A stretch of 32,000 nucleotides of DNA from the NCBI GenBank assembly GCA_965250005.1, contig OZ252279.1, positions 1,740,001 to 1,772,000 of the forward strand. The letters are read 5' to 3'. Below the pieces are notes generated by a model. That model saw only the letters and a program-made list of their open reading frames with translations, was not told the origin of the DNA and searched no databases. Below, in pieces: positions 8,931 through 18,400 of this stretch. Origin of the DNA: Demequinaceae bacterium (lineage in GTDB: Bacteria > Actinomycetota > Actinomycetes > Actinomycetales > Demequinaceae). Numbering within the stretch: position 1 is the first letter of the stretch; each line of letters starts with the position of its first letter. Made by a program: the position numbers and the translations under genes.

Positions 8931-8944
8931 GTGGCCGCGGCCAC
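8931..8944. promoter_or_regulatory. Perfect 14-bp palindrome GTGGCCGCGGCCAC in the 43-bp serC/manA divergent region
   Basis: Read directly from the sequence; it is its own reverse complement. It occupies one third of the only non-coding DNA between the two divergent starts. Confidence 0.35.
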
Positions 8945-8961
8945 GCTGACATGATGGACCC

Positions 8962-10137
8962 ATGTTCAGATTGAAGCCCGCGTTGCAGGACTATGCGTGG
9001 GGAGATGAGACGTCCATTCCCCAACTGCTCGGGCAGCCACCCAGTGGTGAGCCAGTGGCAGAAGCTTGGTGGGGCGCGCATCCCGCCGCGCCAACGCTGT
9101 GCGATGTCGACGGGCGGCAGATCTCCCTTGCCGAGGTCATCGCGCAGGATCCGGACGCCATGCTTGGCGCAGAGGTCGCTGAACGGTTCGATGGCAAACT
9201 GCCCTACCTGCTCAAGGTGCTGGCTATCGCGAAGCCGCTGTCCATTCAGGTTCACCCGTCAACGTCTCAGGCCCTGGCAGGGTTCGCGGCCGAGGACGAG
9301 GCGGGGATACAGATCGACGCCCCGAACCGCGTCTATCGCGATCGCTCTCATAAGCCCGAGATGGTTGTCGCAATCACGCCGATGTCGGTGAGCACAGGAT
9401 TTCGTCCTCACAGTGACGTGGCCGACGATCTGACACTGATTGGCGGCGCGCAGGCTCGTGAACTGAGGGATGTCCTCCTTGGCGCCGCAACCCCCACACT
9501 CGCCATTGCGGGCTACTTGCGCGCTGCTCTCGCGCTACCTCGCGGCGCCGGTGTGTTGAATTCGCTACGGGCGCTGCAGATCGTCGCCGAGCCGTCCGCT
9601 GCGGTCCGCGCCGCAGCAGCGTCCGCTTTGGCGCACCCCGACGACGTGGGCGCCGCGGTCACGCTGGCTATGAACGTCGAGAATCTGCAGATTGGCGACG
9701 CGTGTTTTACGCCCGCCGGGACTGTCCACTCATATCAGCGTGGGGTGGGGCTTGAGGTGATGGCGAATTCCGACAATGTTGTGCGTGCGGGTCTGACGGG
9801 TAAGCACGTCGACGTCGAGCAGTTGCTCGGGATCGCGGTGACCAATCCGACGACACCGGATCGCCCGTCGCAGACGGTGGAGGGAGCGGCAGTTCGCTAC
9901 GAGACGCCCGCGAGCGAATTCGAACTCATCATGGTCCGTGGCGGCGAGTCCGGTGTGGCTGCAGGGCCGCGAGTCGCGCTCTGTCTGGAGGGTGAAACTG
10001 TCATCCACGCTGAGGCGGCCGAGTCTGCGACGCTCAACCGTGGTGAGGCGGTGTTCTCGCCCGCAAGCGACGGCGAGCTCCGAGTGAGCACGGACGGAGC
10101 GACCGCCATTGTGACGGTTCCCGGACAGCCGGTGTGA
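8962..10137 (+). CDS. manA: Mannose-6-phosphate isomerase, class I
   Basis: LKPALQDYAWG, LSIQVHPS, EVMANSDNVVRAGLTGKHVD are the classical type I PMI motifs. Confidence 0.9.
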   Translation: MFRLKPALQDYAWGDETSIPQLLGQPPSGEPVAEAWWGAHPAAPTLCDVDGRQISLAEVIAQDPDAMLGAEVAERFDGKLPYLLKVLAIAKPLSIQVHPSTSQALAGFAAEDEAGIQIDAPNRVYRDRSHKPEMVVAITPMSVSTGFRPHSDVADDLTLIGGAQARELRDVLLGAATPTLAIAGYLRAALALPRGAGVLNSLRALQIVAEPSAAVRAAAASALAHPDDVGAAVTLAMNVENLQIGDACFTPAGTVHSYQRGVGLEVMANSDNVVRAGLTGKHVDVEQLLGIAVTNPTTPDRPSQTVEGAAVRYETPASEFELIMVRGGESGVAAGPRVALCLEGETVIHAEAAESATLNRGEAVFSPASDGELRVSTDGATAIVTVPGQPV

Positions 10138-10244
10138 GTGCACTCTGGCGCGCGTGGTGTCGTCGTCAAGTGCGAAACTCGCGCTGGGATACTTAGGACT
10201 GAAGGCGCCCTGCCCACCAGATCGGGGCCGGTAGGATTGCGCGC

Positions 10245-11576
10245 ATGGAGAAGGTCTCAGTTTTTGGCACGGGGTACCTCGGCACCACTCACGCTGTGGG
10301 AATGGCTGAAATCGGTCACGAGGTCGTCGGTGTCGACATCGATCCAGACAAGATCGAGCGGCTCAGCGCGGGTGACGTACCATTCTTCGAGCCCGGACTC
10401 TCCGAGCTGCTTCAGAAGCACATCGGTACCGGTCGCCTTCGATTCACTACGGATGCTGAAGATGCGGCGCACTTTGCCGACATTCATTTCATCGGCGTAG
10501 GGACGCCTCAGAAACGCGGCGAGAACGCGGCTGACATGCGCTTCGTTGACGCGGTCATCGAAACCATTGCGCCGCTGTTAACCCGGCCGGCGGTCGTGCT
10601 GGGAAAATCAACGGTGCCCGTCGGGAGCGCTGCCCGGCTTGCTGACCGCCTACGCGAATTGGCCCCCGCGGGAGATGCAGTTCAACTTGGGTGGAATCCT
10701 GAATTTCTGCGGGAGGGGTTCGCCGTCGAGGACACTCTGCGGCCCGACCGCATTGTCTTGGGCGTGGACCGCGATCGTCCCGGAGACGTTGAATCCGCGG
10801 CGCGGCGCGTGTACGCACCGATGCTCGCGGCGGACACCCCATTCCTTGTGACGGATCTGGCTACTGCGGAACTGGTCAAAGTGTCAGCCAACGCATTCCT
10901 CGCAACAAAGATTTCGTTCATCAACGCGATTGCAGAGATTTGCGACGCGACCGGGGCCGATGTCAGCGAGCTCGCAGACGCCATCGGCATCGACGACCGC
11001 ATCGGCCGCAAGTTCCTCAATGCCGGGCTTGGGTTCGGTGGCGGGTGTCTGCCCAAGGACATCCGTGCGTTCATGGCTCGGGCGGGTGAGCTCGGCCTCG
11101 ATCAGACCCTTGGGTTCCTGCGCGAAGTGGATCGCGTCAACCTCCGGCGCCGCGAACACGTGGTCGACCTGGCCAAGACCACGGTAGGCGGCTCGCTTAA
11201 CGGCAAGCGAATCGCGGTGCTCGGTGCGGCTTTCAAGCCAAATTCGGACGACATTCGTGACTCGCCCGCACTCGACGTCACCGGAAAGCTGCACCTAGCT
11301 GGAGCCGATGTGCGTGTTTACGACCCGCAGGCAATGAACAATGCCGCTGCGGTGTGGCCAACGCTCTACTTCGCTAAGAGTGTAGAGGATGCCTGTGCGG
11401 GTGCCGAAGTAGTCATCGTCGCGACCGAGTGGCAGGCGTTCCGTGACGCCGACCCGGTCGCGCTAGCCAGCGTAGTAGCGGTTCCCCGGGTGATCGACGC
11501 GCGAAATTGCTTGGACGTCGGGGCGTGGCAAGCCGCTGGCTGGAGCTACCAGGGAATGGGTCGCTTCGCCGCATGA
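10245..11576 (+). CDS. ugd: UDP-glucose 6-dehydrogenase (UDP-glucose/GDP-mannose dehydrogenase family)
   Basis: N-terminal Rossmann motif [26 protein letters not shown], the catalytic-Cys region [10 protein letters not shown], and the C-terminal UDP-binding domain ([14 protein letters not shown]). Confidence 0.9.
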   Translation: MEKVSVFGTGYLGTTHAVGMAEIGHEVVGVDIDPDKIERLSAGDVPFFEPGLSELLQKHIGTGRLRFTTDAEDAAHFADIHFIGVGTPQKRGENAADMRFVDAVIETIAPLLTRPAVVLGKSTVPVGSAARLADRLRELAPAGDAVQLGWNPEFLREGFAVEDTLRPDRIVLGVDRDRPGDVESAARRVYAPMLAADTPFLVTDLATAELVKVSANAFLATKISFINAIAEICDATGADVSELADAIGIDDRIGRKFLNAGLGFGGGCLPKDIRAFMARAGELGLDQTLGFLREVDRVNLRRREHVVDLAKTTVGGSLNGKRIAVLGAAFKPNSDDIRDSPALDVTGKLHLAGADVRVYDPQAMNNAAAVWPTLYFAKSVEDACAGAEVVIVATEWQAFRDADPVALASVVAVPRVIDARNCLDVGAWQAAGWSYQGMGRFAA

Positions 11577-12262
11577 GTGACCTCATTGACACCACGGAGA
11601 TGTATCTGCGGACCATCTACGAGTTGATCGAAGACGGCGTGGTGCCCATGCGAGCTCGAATTGCTGAGCAACTAGCGCACTCCGGGCCCACGGTGTCGCA
11701 GACAGTCGCACGCATGGAGCGGGACGGTCTCGTCGTAGTCTCTCAAGACGACCGGCACCTCGAGCTTACGGCGCAAGGTCAGACCACGGCGGTGCGCGTA
11801 ATGCGGAAGCACCGGCTCGCGGAGCGCCTCCTCACGGATGTGATCGGGCTGGACCTTCCCTATGTTCACGAAGAGGCGTGCCGTTGGGAGCATGTCATGA
11901 GCGACCGGGTCGAGCGCCGACTGATGGAAATGCTCGGCTCGCCGGACCGGTCCCCCTATGGAAATGCGATTCCGGGCCTTGAAGAGATCGGCGGCAAGGT
12001 TGCGACAAGTGACCCGCCAGGAACCAATTCCTTGGCGTCGGCGCCAGCAGAGCCGAGGGCTGTGATTTTGGTCCGCATCGGCGAGGGTCCGCAAGCCATC
12101 CCGGGGTTGCTCGAGGATACCCACGCGATTGGGCTCGAGCCCGGCGCCGAAGTCACGATCGCTGCCCAGGCGGGCGGGTTCGTGATGAGGACTAGTCGCG
12201 GCGAGATTCAATTCGACGAGCCATCGGCCCAACACGTCTTCGTGTCGCCCGTCGGGACCTAG
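11573..12262 (+). CDS. ideR: DtxR/IdeR-family iron-dependent repressor (229 aa)
   Basis: [18 protein letters not shown]...[23 protein letters not shown]...[16 protein letters not shown]...[10 protein letters not shown] is nearly collinear with IdeR/DtxR, including the Met10 and Cys/Glu/His metal ligands. An SH3-like C-terminal domain is present. Start taken at ATG 11573 (ATGA overlap with the ugd stop), not GTG 11507. Confidence 0.9.
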   Translation: MSDLIDTTEMYLRTIYELIEDGVVPMRARIAEQLAHSGPTVSQTVARMERDGLVVVSQDDRHLELTAQGQTTAVRVMRKHRLAERLLTDVIGLDLPYVHEEACRWEHVMSDRVERRLMEMLGSPDRSPYGNAIPGLEEIGGKVATSDPPGTNSLASAPAEPRAVILVRIGEGPQAIPGLLEDTHAIGLEPGAEVTIAAQAGGFVMRTSRGEIQFDEPSAQHVFVSPVGT

Positions 12263-12397
12263 CAATTCGTGACGGAAACTTGGGAGCGTAGGCGGGATGA
12301 ACCGCCACTCCCCCTCCCCACGGAACTCGGCCGGTTGGCCGCGCGTTGGGAATGGCAGAAGCAAGCGCTGATCGTGCGCAACTACCAAAGGAACTTC

Positions 12398-13003
12398 TTG
12401 ACGTATTCACCTTTGCGCGCGCCCGCGCGCGTCTTCGCCGGACATCTAGGCTCGATATTTCTGATCATTGCGGCGGGTACGGCGACGGTGGCGGGCCCCG
12501 GTACGCCGCACCCGGGGGCGGACGCGCTCGATGACCTCGAGTTTGGCAGGCAGTTCGCTTCGCTCAACCTCCCGCAGAACAGCGAATGGACATATGGGGC
12601 GCAAGCCGTGGACGTGGGAGATGGTCGTCGAGCGGGCCAGAACGGGGGTTCAGAAATTCCAGTCTCGATCGAGGGCAACGCCGTTCTCGAACTAGCTGCC
12701 ACGTATGTGGGCACACCGTATGTGTGGGGAGGCAAGACTCCGCACGGTTTCGACTGCTCGGGATTCGTCAGTTACGTGTACGCGCAGTTTGGCGTGAAGC
12801 TACCCACTAGTACACGGGGCTACTCGAACTACGGCACGCGCGTGTCGCGTGCAGACGCGCAGCCGGGCGACCTGGTATACATTCCGGGGCACATTGGTAT
12901 TTACGCTGGCGGAGACCTCGTCATCGAGGCACCCAACAGCGCCTCATATGTTCAGTTTAGAACCATGTGGCAAGACAATCCGGTCTTCATCCGGGTGGCA
13001 TAG
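12398..13003 (+). CDS. Secreted NlpC/P60 (C40) cell-wall peptidase
   Basis: Catalytic core YVWGGKTPHGFDCSGFVSYVY...GDLVYIPGHIGIYAG. Preferred start is TTG 12398 (AAGGA 8 nt upstream), which gives a signal-peptide-like N-terminus (RAPARVFAGHLGSIFLIIAAGTATVAG). The ORF track's 12269 start would add 43 non-hydrophobic residues. Confidence 0.8.
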   Translation: MTYSPLRAPARVFAGHLGSIFLIIAAGTATVAGPGTPHPGADALDDLEFGRQFASLNLPQNSEWTYGAQAVDVGDGRRAGQNGGSEIPVSIEGNAVLELAATYVGTPYVWGGKTPHGFDCSGFVSYVYAQFGVKLPTSTRGYSNYGTRVSRADAQPGDLVYIPGHIGIYAGGDLVIEAPNSASYVQFRTMWQDNPVFIRVA

Positions 13004-13081
13004 CGCAAAAAGCGGACTCAAAGAGGCCCGCGCGCGGGTCCCGCCGGGCGCACCGTCCTTAGGTGGCGTACCGTCGAGTTC

Positions 13082-14068
13082 ATGCAGTTGTCTAGACCAC
13101 GGAGACTTGGCCGCGCCATATCAACGGTGGGTCTCGGTTGTTGGCAACTAGGAGGCGACTGGGGCGAGATCGACGACGACCGCTCCCAGGAGATCCTGAC
13201 CGCCGTTGCTGACGAGGGAACCACGTTCTTTGACACCGCCGATGTCTACGGTGATGGCCGCTCCGAGAGGGCTGTCGGTGAGTTTCTACGCAATCGCGAG
13301 GATCGCGACAAGTTTGTTGTGGCGACCAAAATGGGGCGCCGCGCAGACCCGCACGTCGCCGAGGCCTTCACGCTAGATAGCTTCCGAGCGTGGACCGACC
13401 GCTCCCGCGAGAACCTGGGCGTGGATACCATTGATTTGGTTCAGCTCCACTGCCCGCCGATTGAGGTGTTCCAAGACCCGCAGACGTACGAGAACCTCTC
13501 AACCATCATCGAAGAGGGCCGCGTCTCCAAGGTTGGCGTCTCCGTTCAGACGTGCAATGAGGCGCTCATCACCATCGGCGAGCCCGCGATTGCGAGTGTT
13601 CAGATCATCATCAACGTATTTAGGCGTAAGCCGCTCGAGCGCGTCGTGGCCGAGGCGCAGGCAGAGGGCATCGCCATCATCGCGCGCGTCCCGCTCGCCT
13701 CGGGCCTGCTCAGTGGCAAGTACGACGAGGCGACGACGTTTCCTGAGAACGACCACCGGACCTACAACCGGAAGGGTGAAGCGTTCGACGTGGGCGAGAC
13801 CTTCTCTGGCGTTCCGTACGACGTTGGCCTCCAGGCTGCGCGCAAAGTCGCTGCCCTCACTCCGGACGGATGGACAACAGCCCAGCTCGCGCTGCGCTGG
13901 ATAGCGGATCAAGGCGTCGCGACGGTAATCCCTGGCGCGCGCACGGTTGACCAGGCCAAGGCAAACGCCGCCGTCGGCAGCCTGTCCTCTCTGAGTGACG
14001 TGACCCATGCAGCGCTCGCAGAGATTTACAACAATGACATCCGCGAGCACGTACACAGCCGCTGGTAG
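13082..14068 (+). CDS. Aldo/keto reductase
   Basis: LGCWQLGGDWG, FFDTADVYGDGRSE, IDLVQLH, GIAIIARVPLASGLLSGKY, VIPGARTVDQAKAN are typical AKR family signatures. Confidence 0.9.
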   Translation: MQLSRPRRLGRAISTVGLGCWQLGGDWGEIDDDRSQEILTAVADEGTTFFDTADVYGDGRSERAVGEFLRNREDRDKFVVATKMGRRADPHVAEAFTLDSFRAWTDRSRENLGVDTIDLVQLHCPPIEVFQDPQTYENLSTIIEEGRVSKVGVSVQTCNEALITIGEPAIASVQIIINVFRRKPLERVVAEAQAEGIAIIARVPLASGLLSGKYDEATTFPENDHRTYNRKGEAFDVGETFSGVPYDVGLQAARKVAALTPDGWTTAQLALRWIADQGVATVIPGARTVDQAKANAAVGSLSSLSDVTHAALAEIYNNDIREHVHSRW

Positions 14069-14119
14069 CCGCTCGCCGAAGGCTGGCTCGATCTCCTGAC
14101 GGCGTGCGACAATCCTGAT

Positions 14120-15214
14120 ATGTCAGCCGTCCCGGAGCTCCCCATTTCACCTGTTGGCTTCGCTCCCGCTACACGCAAGCGCGGTCGTGTCGCGTTCGCC
14201 GCGCTCGTCACCATGTGGTCCATCGCACTCGCCGAGGTCTCGATCGCTAACGAGGTATTCGGAATTCTCAATCCGGTAGGACTGCTCCTGCTGGCACCCG
14301 TCTACGGTGGCCAGGCGCTACTGTTGGCGTCCTGGGTGTTCCGCGCCAATCGCCGCCCCACGCTTGCCGCTCTCTGGTCCGCTGGGTTCGTCATGGGCCT
14401 CTACGAGTTCTACATCACTGCTGTTTTATGGGGCTCCGCGGACTGGGACACCACCACGAGCGATGGCGGAATCGCCGTCTTCTCACTCGTTGTTCTCGCC
14501 TTCTTCTGGCACCCGTTCATGGCCTTCATCTTCCCGTTGATGATTGCCGAGAACCTCACGGTGGCCCGGCCTCACATTGCGGGCCTCTTTCCCGAGTGGT
14601 TCCGCACGCGCGGCCGCAAGTGGCAGATTGCTGCGTTCCTGATCCTGTGCGCGTTTCCTATTGGAATCGGACAGAAGTGGGAGTTTTGGGTGCTCTGGAT
14701 TGCGCTACCGGCGACGGTCGCGTTGCTGTGGTTTGCGTCCCGCGCCCTGCCCGCACGACCCAAGGCGACATCGCTCGTCAACCTCCTGCCGTCGCGCAGC
14801 GGAATCGTATGGCTGATGGTCGTTGTTGGGGCCGTTTTCGCGCTCATGGGCACGCTCATGGTGACAACGCACGCGATCACGCTTGGCCAGCAGGCGGCCG
14901 CATGGGGACTGTACGCGTTTGCCGTGCTGCTGCTTGCGAGCAATCTCCGGCACACGGCTGTGCCACCAGTGGTGGTGTTCCCCCACGGAACCGTCACCGT
15001 CAGGCGAGCGGTGGCGTACGTCGGAATCGCGTCCTTCATCGCGCTGGCCGCCGCGCTGCTTCCTACCGTTGGAACCGTCGCTCTGGTGGTGACCGTAGTG
15101 GTGATTTGGGGCGCGGGGAGTGTCGTGGGCGTCACAATGCTGGCGCGGGCGATGCGGGGCGCGGTTCGTCGGCGCTCGCCGTCCGGGAGTCAGGTCGCAC
15201 CAAGCGCCCGGTAG
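14120..15214 (+). CDS. Polytopic integral membrane protein, unknown function (364 aa)
   Basis: About 9-10 hydrophobic helices and a Trp/Phe-rich composition. I recognise no family motif. Confidence 0.6.
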   Translation: MSAVPELPISPVGFAPATRKRGRVAFAALVTMWSIALAEVSIANEVFGILNPVGLLLLAPVYGGQALLLASWVFRANRRPTLAALWSAGFVMGLYEFYITAVLWGSADWDTTTSDGGIAVFSLVVLAFFWHPFMAFIFPLMIAENLTVARPHIAGLFPEWFRTRGRKWQIAAFLILCAFPIGIGQKWEFWVLWIALPATVALLWFASRALPARPKATSLVNLLPSRSGIVWLMVVVGAVFALMGTLMVTTHAITLGQQAAAWGLYAFAVLLLASNLRHTAVPPVVVFPHGTVTVRRAVAYVGIASFIALAAALLPTVGTVALVVTVVVIWGAGSVVGVTMLARAMRGAVRRRSPSGSQVAPSAR

Positions 15215-15229
15215 TCTCTTAGGGCACAA

Positions 15230-15302
15230 GCGCCTGTAGCTCAGGGGATAGAGCACCGCCCTCCTAAGGCGGGTGTCGCGCGTTCGAATCGCGCCAGGCG
15301 CA
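15230..15302 (+). tRNA. tRNA-Arg (anticodon CCT)
   Basis: Cloverleaf folded by hand. Acceptor GCGCCTG/CAGGCGC, D-arm GCTC-AGGGGATA-GAGC, anticodon arm CCGCC-CTCCTAA-GGCGG, T-arm GCGCG-TTCGAAT-CGCGC, discriminator A. CCA is not encoded. Confidence 0.9.
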
Positions 15303-15492
15303 CCCTCTTGACGTTGTCCGGCGCGCCCTTTTGACAGCGCGCGCCCCGCCCGTGAAACTCGTTTCAGCGGTGCGCGTCGCCTGCCCCCCTGTGCGGCGCG
15401 CACTGTCGTGACGTCTTGCACCAGCCGCCGACGCGGTGGTGGCGGCGGCGTGGGAACCGTCGTCGCGCGCGGCACCTCGCTACCGTGGAGAA

Positions 15493-18400
15493 GTGGTGGA
15501 CTACATTGGGCGCGCCCTCGTGGCGGACGCACTGGCGGAGTGGCGCAGCCAACTCCAGGACTTGGCCACCGCATCGCCATTGCGGGATCTGTCGTTCTCA
15601 ACGGCGCCCACGTTTGACCTAGCGGGTGCACATCCTTCCGGGCTCGCCCAGCTCTTTGCCGGCCGGCCCACACTCATGTCCAGCTTGGTTCGCGATGCGA
15701 TCGCCCAGCCGGCCGCTCTCCACCGCGGGCGCCTCATGCGTGATCATGCCGAAGCGATCCGGTTGAATACCGGCGTCGCAACGGCGGCGCTCATCGTGGG
15801 GACCGCGCGTTGGCGCGAAGGCGCGCGCATGCGGGAAATGCCCTTGCTGCTTCGTCCTGTCACTCTTGGGCTCGCGCGGGACACCGACACAGAGATCACG
15901 CTCCACGACACCGTCAAGATCAACCCCGTATTCGTGGCCGAATTGCGCGAACGGGGAGTCGACGAGTCGCTCGACGGCCTCGCGCAGACCAGCATGCAGG
16001 GCAAGGAGTTTGACCCACGTCCGCTGTGGACCCGTGTGCGAGAAATGACCACCCAGTTTGGCGACGAGTTGGTGGTGGACGAGACGCTCATTCTCGGCTC
16101 CTTCGACGACCCCGAGCAACGGCTTGTCGACGACCTTGACGAGTGTGATCACCTGATCAGCTCGTCCCTGCTGCTCGCCTCGGTGGCGGGCGACAGCGGC
16201 GCCCACGACGAACTCGCCGTGCCGGTCCCCATCGTTGGCGCGGGCGATCGGGATCCATTTGCCGAGCGCGGCCTGGGAGACCTCGACGATGCCCAGTTTG
16301 CGGCCCTTGACCTGGTCGCCACGGGCCGGAGTGTGTTCATTCAGGTGCCTCCTGGCGGGGACGCCACAGGGACCGCCGCCGCGATCGCTGCGGATGGCGC
16401 GGCCTCTGGACGGTCCGTGGCCGTGGTGTGTGGCGCCAACGCGTCGGTGCGTTCTGTTGAGGCCGCGCTGGAAGCAGTGGGGGCCGGCGAATTGGTGGTG
16501 AGCGCGGCGGCCCACGGGTGGAATTCCGCCGCCCGGGCCAGTCTGCTCTCGTCGATGACCGCCTCCGGGAGCTCGGTGAACGAGGAAGCGCTACGCGCCC
16601 AAGGCGAGGCATTATTGTCTGCGCGAAGCGAGTTGCGCGAGCGCATGGAGGACCTGCATCTGAGGTGGGAGCCATGGGGAGTGAGCGCCTACCAGGCGGT
16701 CCAGGCACTGGTGAGGCTCACGTCGTCGGAGTTTGCGCCCGGCACACATGTTCGGCTCACGGGAGAGACCGCGGCCACGGTTGCGGAGCGGGGGTTGATG
16801 GTCGTAGCCGAGGCGGGAGTGCGGGCGTACGCGGCGAGAGTCGGCCCGGCCTCCGAGGGGACCGAGAATCCTGTTTCCGAGCCTGAGACAGAGGGCGAGG
16901 AGCCCGCGCGCCGATGGTGGGAGGGAACTATTCTGGACGCGCAGCGCGGCGCCATGATGGACGATAAGCTCGCGATATTCCTCCTCAGGCACGTGCCGCA
17001 CATGCGCGAGAGCGCGCGCGAAGCGGCTGCCGAAATCGGCGTAGACGAGGCCAGAACCCTCGCGGCCTGGGGGGACCAAGTGGAGTTGTTCGATCGACTC
17101 CGGCAAACGCTCGACACGTTCCAGCCAAGGGTGTTCACGCACCATCACGGGGACGTGGTCGAGGCGACGGCAGCCGCGGGATCCGCCCTGTTTGGGGACA
17201 TGCCCAAGCGCGAGCGCAAGGCCATCGCGCGGCAGGCGAAGGACCTACTGCGCCCGAACAGAAGCGACGACCATCTTCACGAGAGGCTGGTCGAAGCCCG
17301 CCACCTGCACGCGCGGTGGAAGGGGCATTCGAGCGCGGGTGCCGTGCCGCGCGTGCCGGACGATCTCGATGCCTTCGCCGCCCGATTTGGAGAGGCGGCG
17401 GTGCTGTGGGCTGACCTCGCGCCCGCTGTGGAGGCGGTCACCGGGATCGCACGGCTTGCGGATCAGCCGTGGGACGTTCTCGTGGCAACGCTTTCCGGGC
17501 TCTCGGACGCTGACGAGGCACCGCTAGCGGAGGCCGAGGTGCGTGAAACCGAGGAGGGCCTCGAGGCGGCAGGATTTGGTCCTCTGCTTGATGACATGGA
17601 GGCGCGCGCGGTTCCCCTTCGGGCGGCTTCTGCGGAATTCGAGTTTGCGTGGTGGGCTGCGGCGTTCGACTCGATCGTCGCCGCCGCGCCCAAGCTGGCG
17701 CAAACAGGTGCGATCGGCTTTGCTGTGCGGGAGTTCCTTGGGCGCGATCGGCAGTTTGGCGCCGAGCGCGTCAAGCCGTTGATGCGAGCGGTGGGCGAAC
17801 GCCGGCGGGCGGCGATCGCGCGCCACCAAGACGATGCGCGAGACCTTTTCGCCGCGCTAGTCGAAGGCGGCGACGGCCCGTTCAGCGCGCTCTGGGGCCG
17901 ATTCCCGCAGCTCGTGGGCGCGCTCAGGCCCATCGTCATCGCGAGCGCCGAACAGGTGTCGCAAATTGCACCGGCGGCGCGCGTCATTGACACGGTTGTT
18001 CTCATGGGAATCGAGTCGCTCGCGTTCGCCGAGGTGGTGCCAGCCCTTGCACGGTCGAGCCAGGTGGTCGTTCTTGCCGACGCGCACTCTGCTACCAAGT
18101 CCGCGGTCACGCAACTTCGTGAGACGCTCCCGCCCCTGGCGCTTCATGCACGACCACAGCCTCGCGACCCGCGCGTGACCGCGGTGCTCGACGAACATGG
18201 CTATGCGGGCGAGCTCGAGATGTACCCCGCACCGTCTGACGGGGTGTTCGAGGTTGTGCACGTCGATGCGATCGGGGCGCCGGACGAGGGCTCCACGTAC
18301 GTCGAGTCAACCCGCGCCGAGGTCGCGGCCGTGGTCGAGAGGATCTCACGCTCCGCCACGTCGATGTCAGCGGGTGGCGCCGCCGTGGTGGCGGGAAACG

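Noticed and set aside
12269-12397. ATG 12269 as the start of the NlpC/P60 protein
   Set aside because: It would place 43 charged residues in front of the signal-peptide-like segment. TTG 12398 with AAGGA upstream gives a conventional secretory N-terminus. The 12269 start remains possible, so it is flagged rather than excluded.
13059-13077. TTAGG-containing sites (13059, 1507, 20113, 10197, 13608) as IdeR/DtxR iron boxes
   Set aside because: Beyond the TTAGG(T) half-start none matches the 19-bp palindromic consensus, with fewer than about 9 of 19 positions agreeing, and none is palindromic.
15436-15492. GTG 15436 as the start of the giant protein
   Set aside because: The first 19 codons (VAAAWEPSSRAAPRYRGE) have no RBS. 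GTG 15493/15496 follows GGAG at good spacing. This is a low-confidence choice that does not affect the functional call.
14705-15673. 322-aa minus-strand ORF spanning the membrane-protein 3' end, tRNA-Arg and the start of the giant gene
   Set aside because: It has the Arg/Pro/Gly-rich composition typical of an out-of-frame or antisense reading in high-GC DNA. It overlaps a well-folded tRNA and two better-supported CDSs, and has no recognisable motif.
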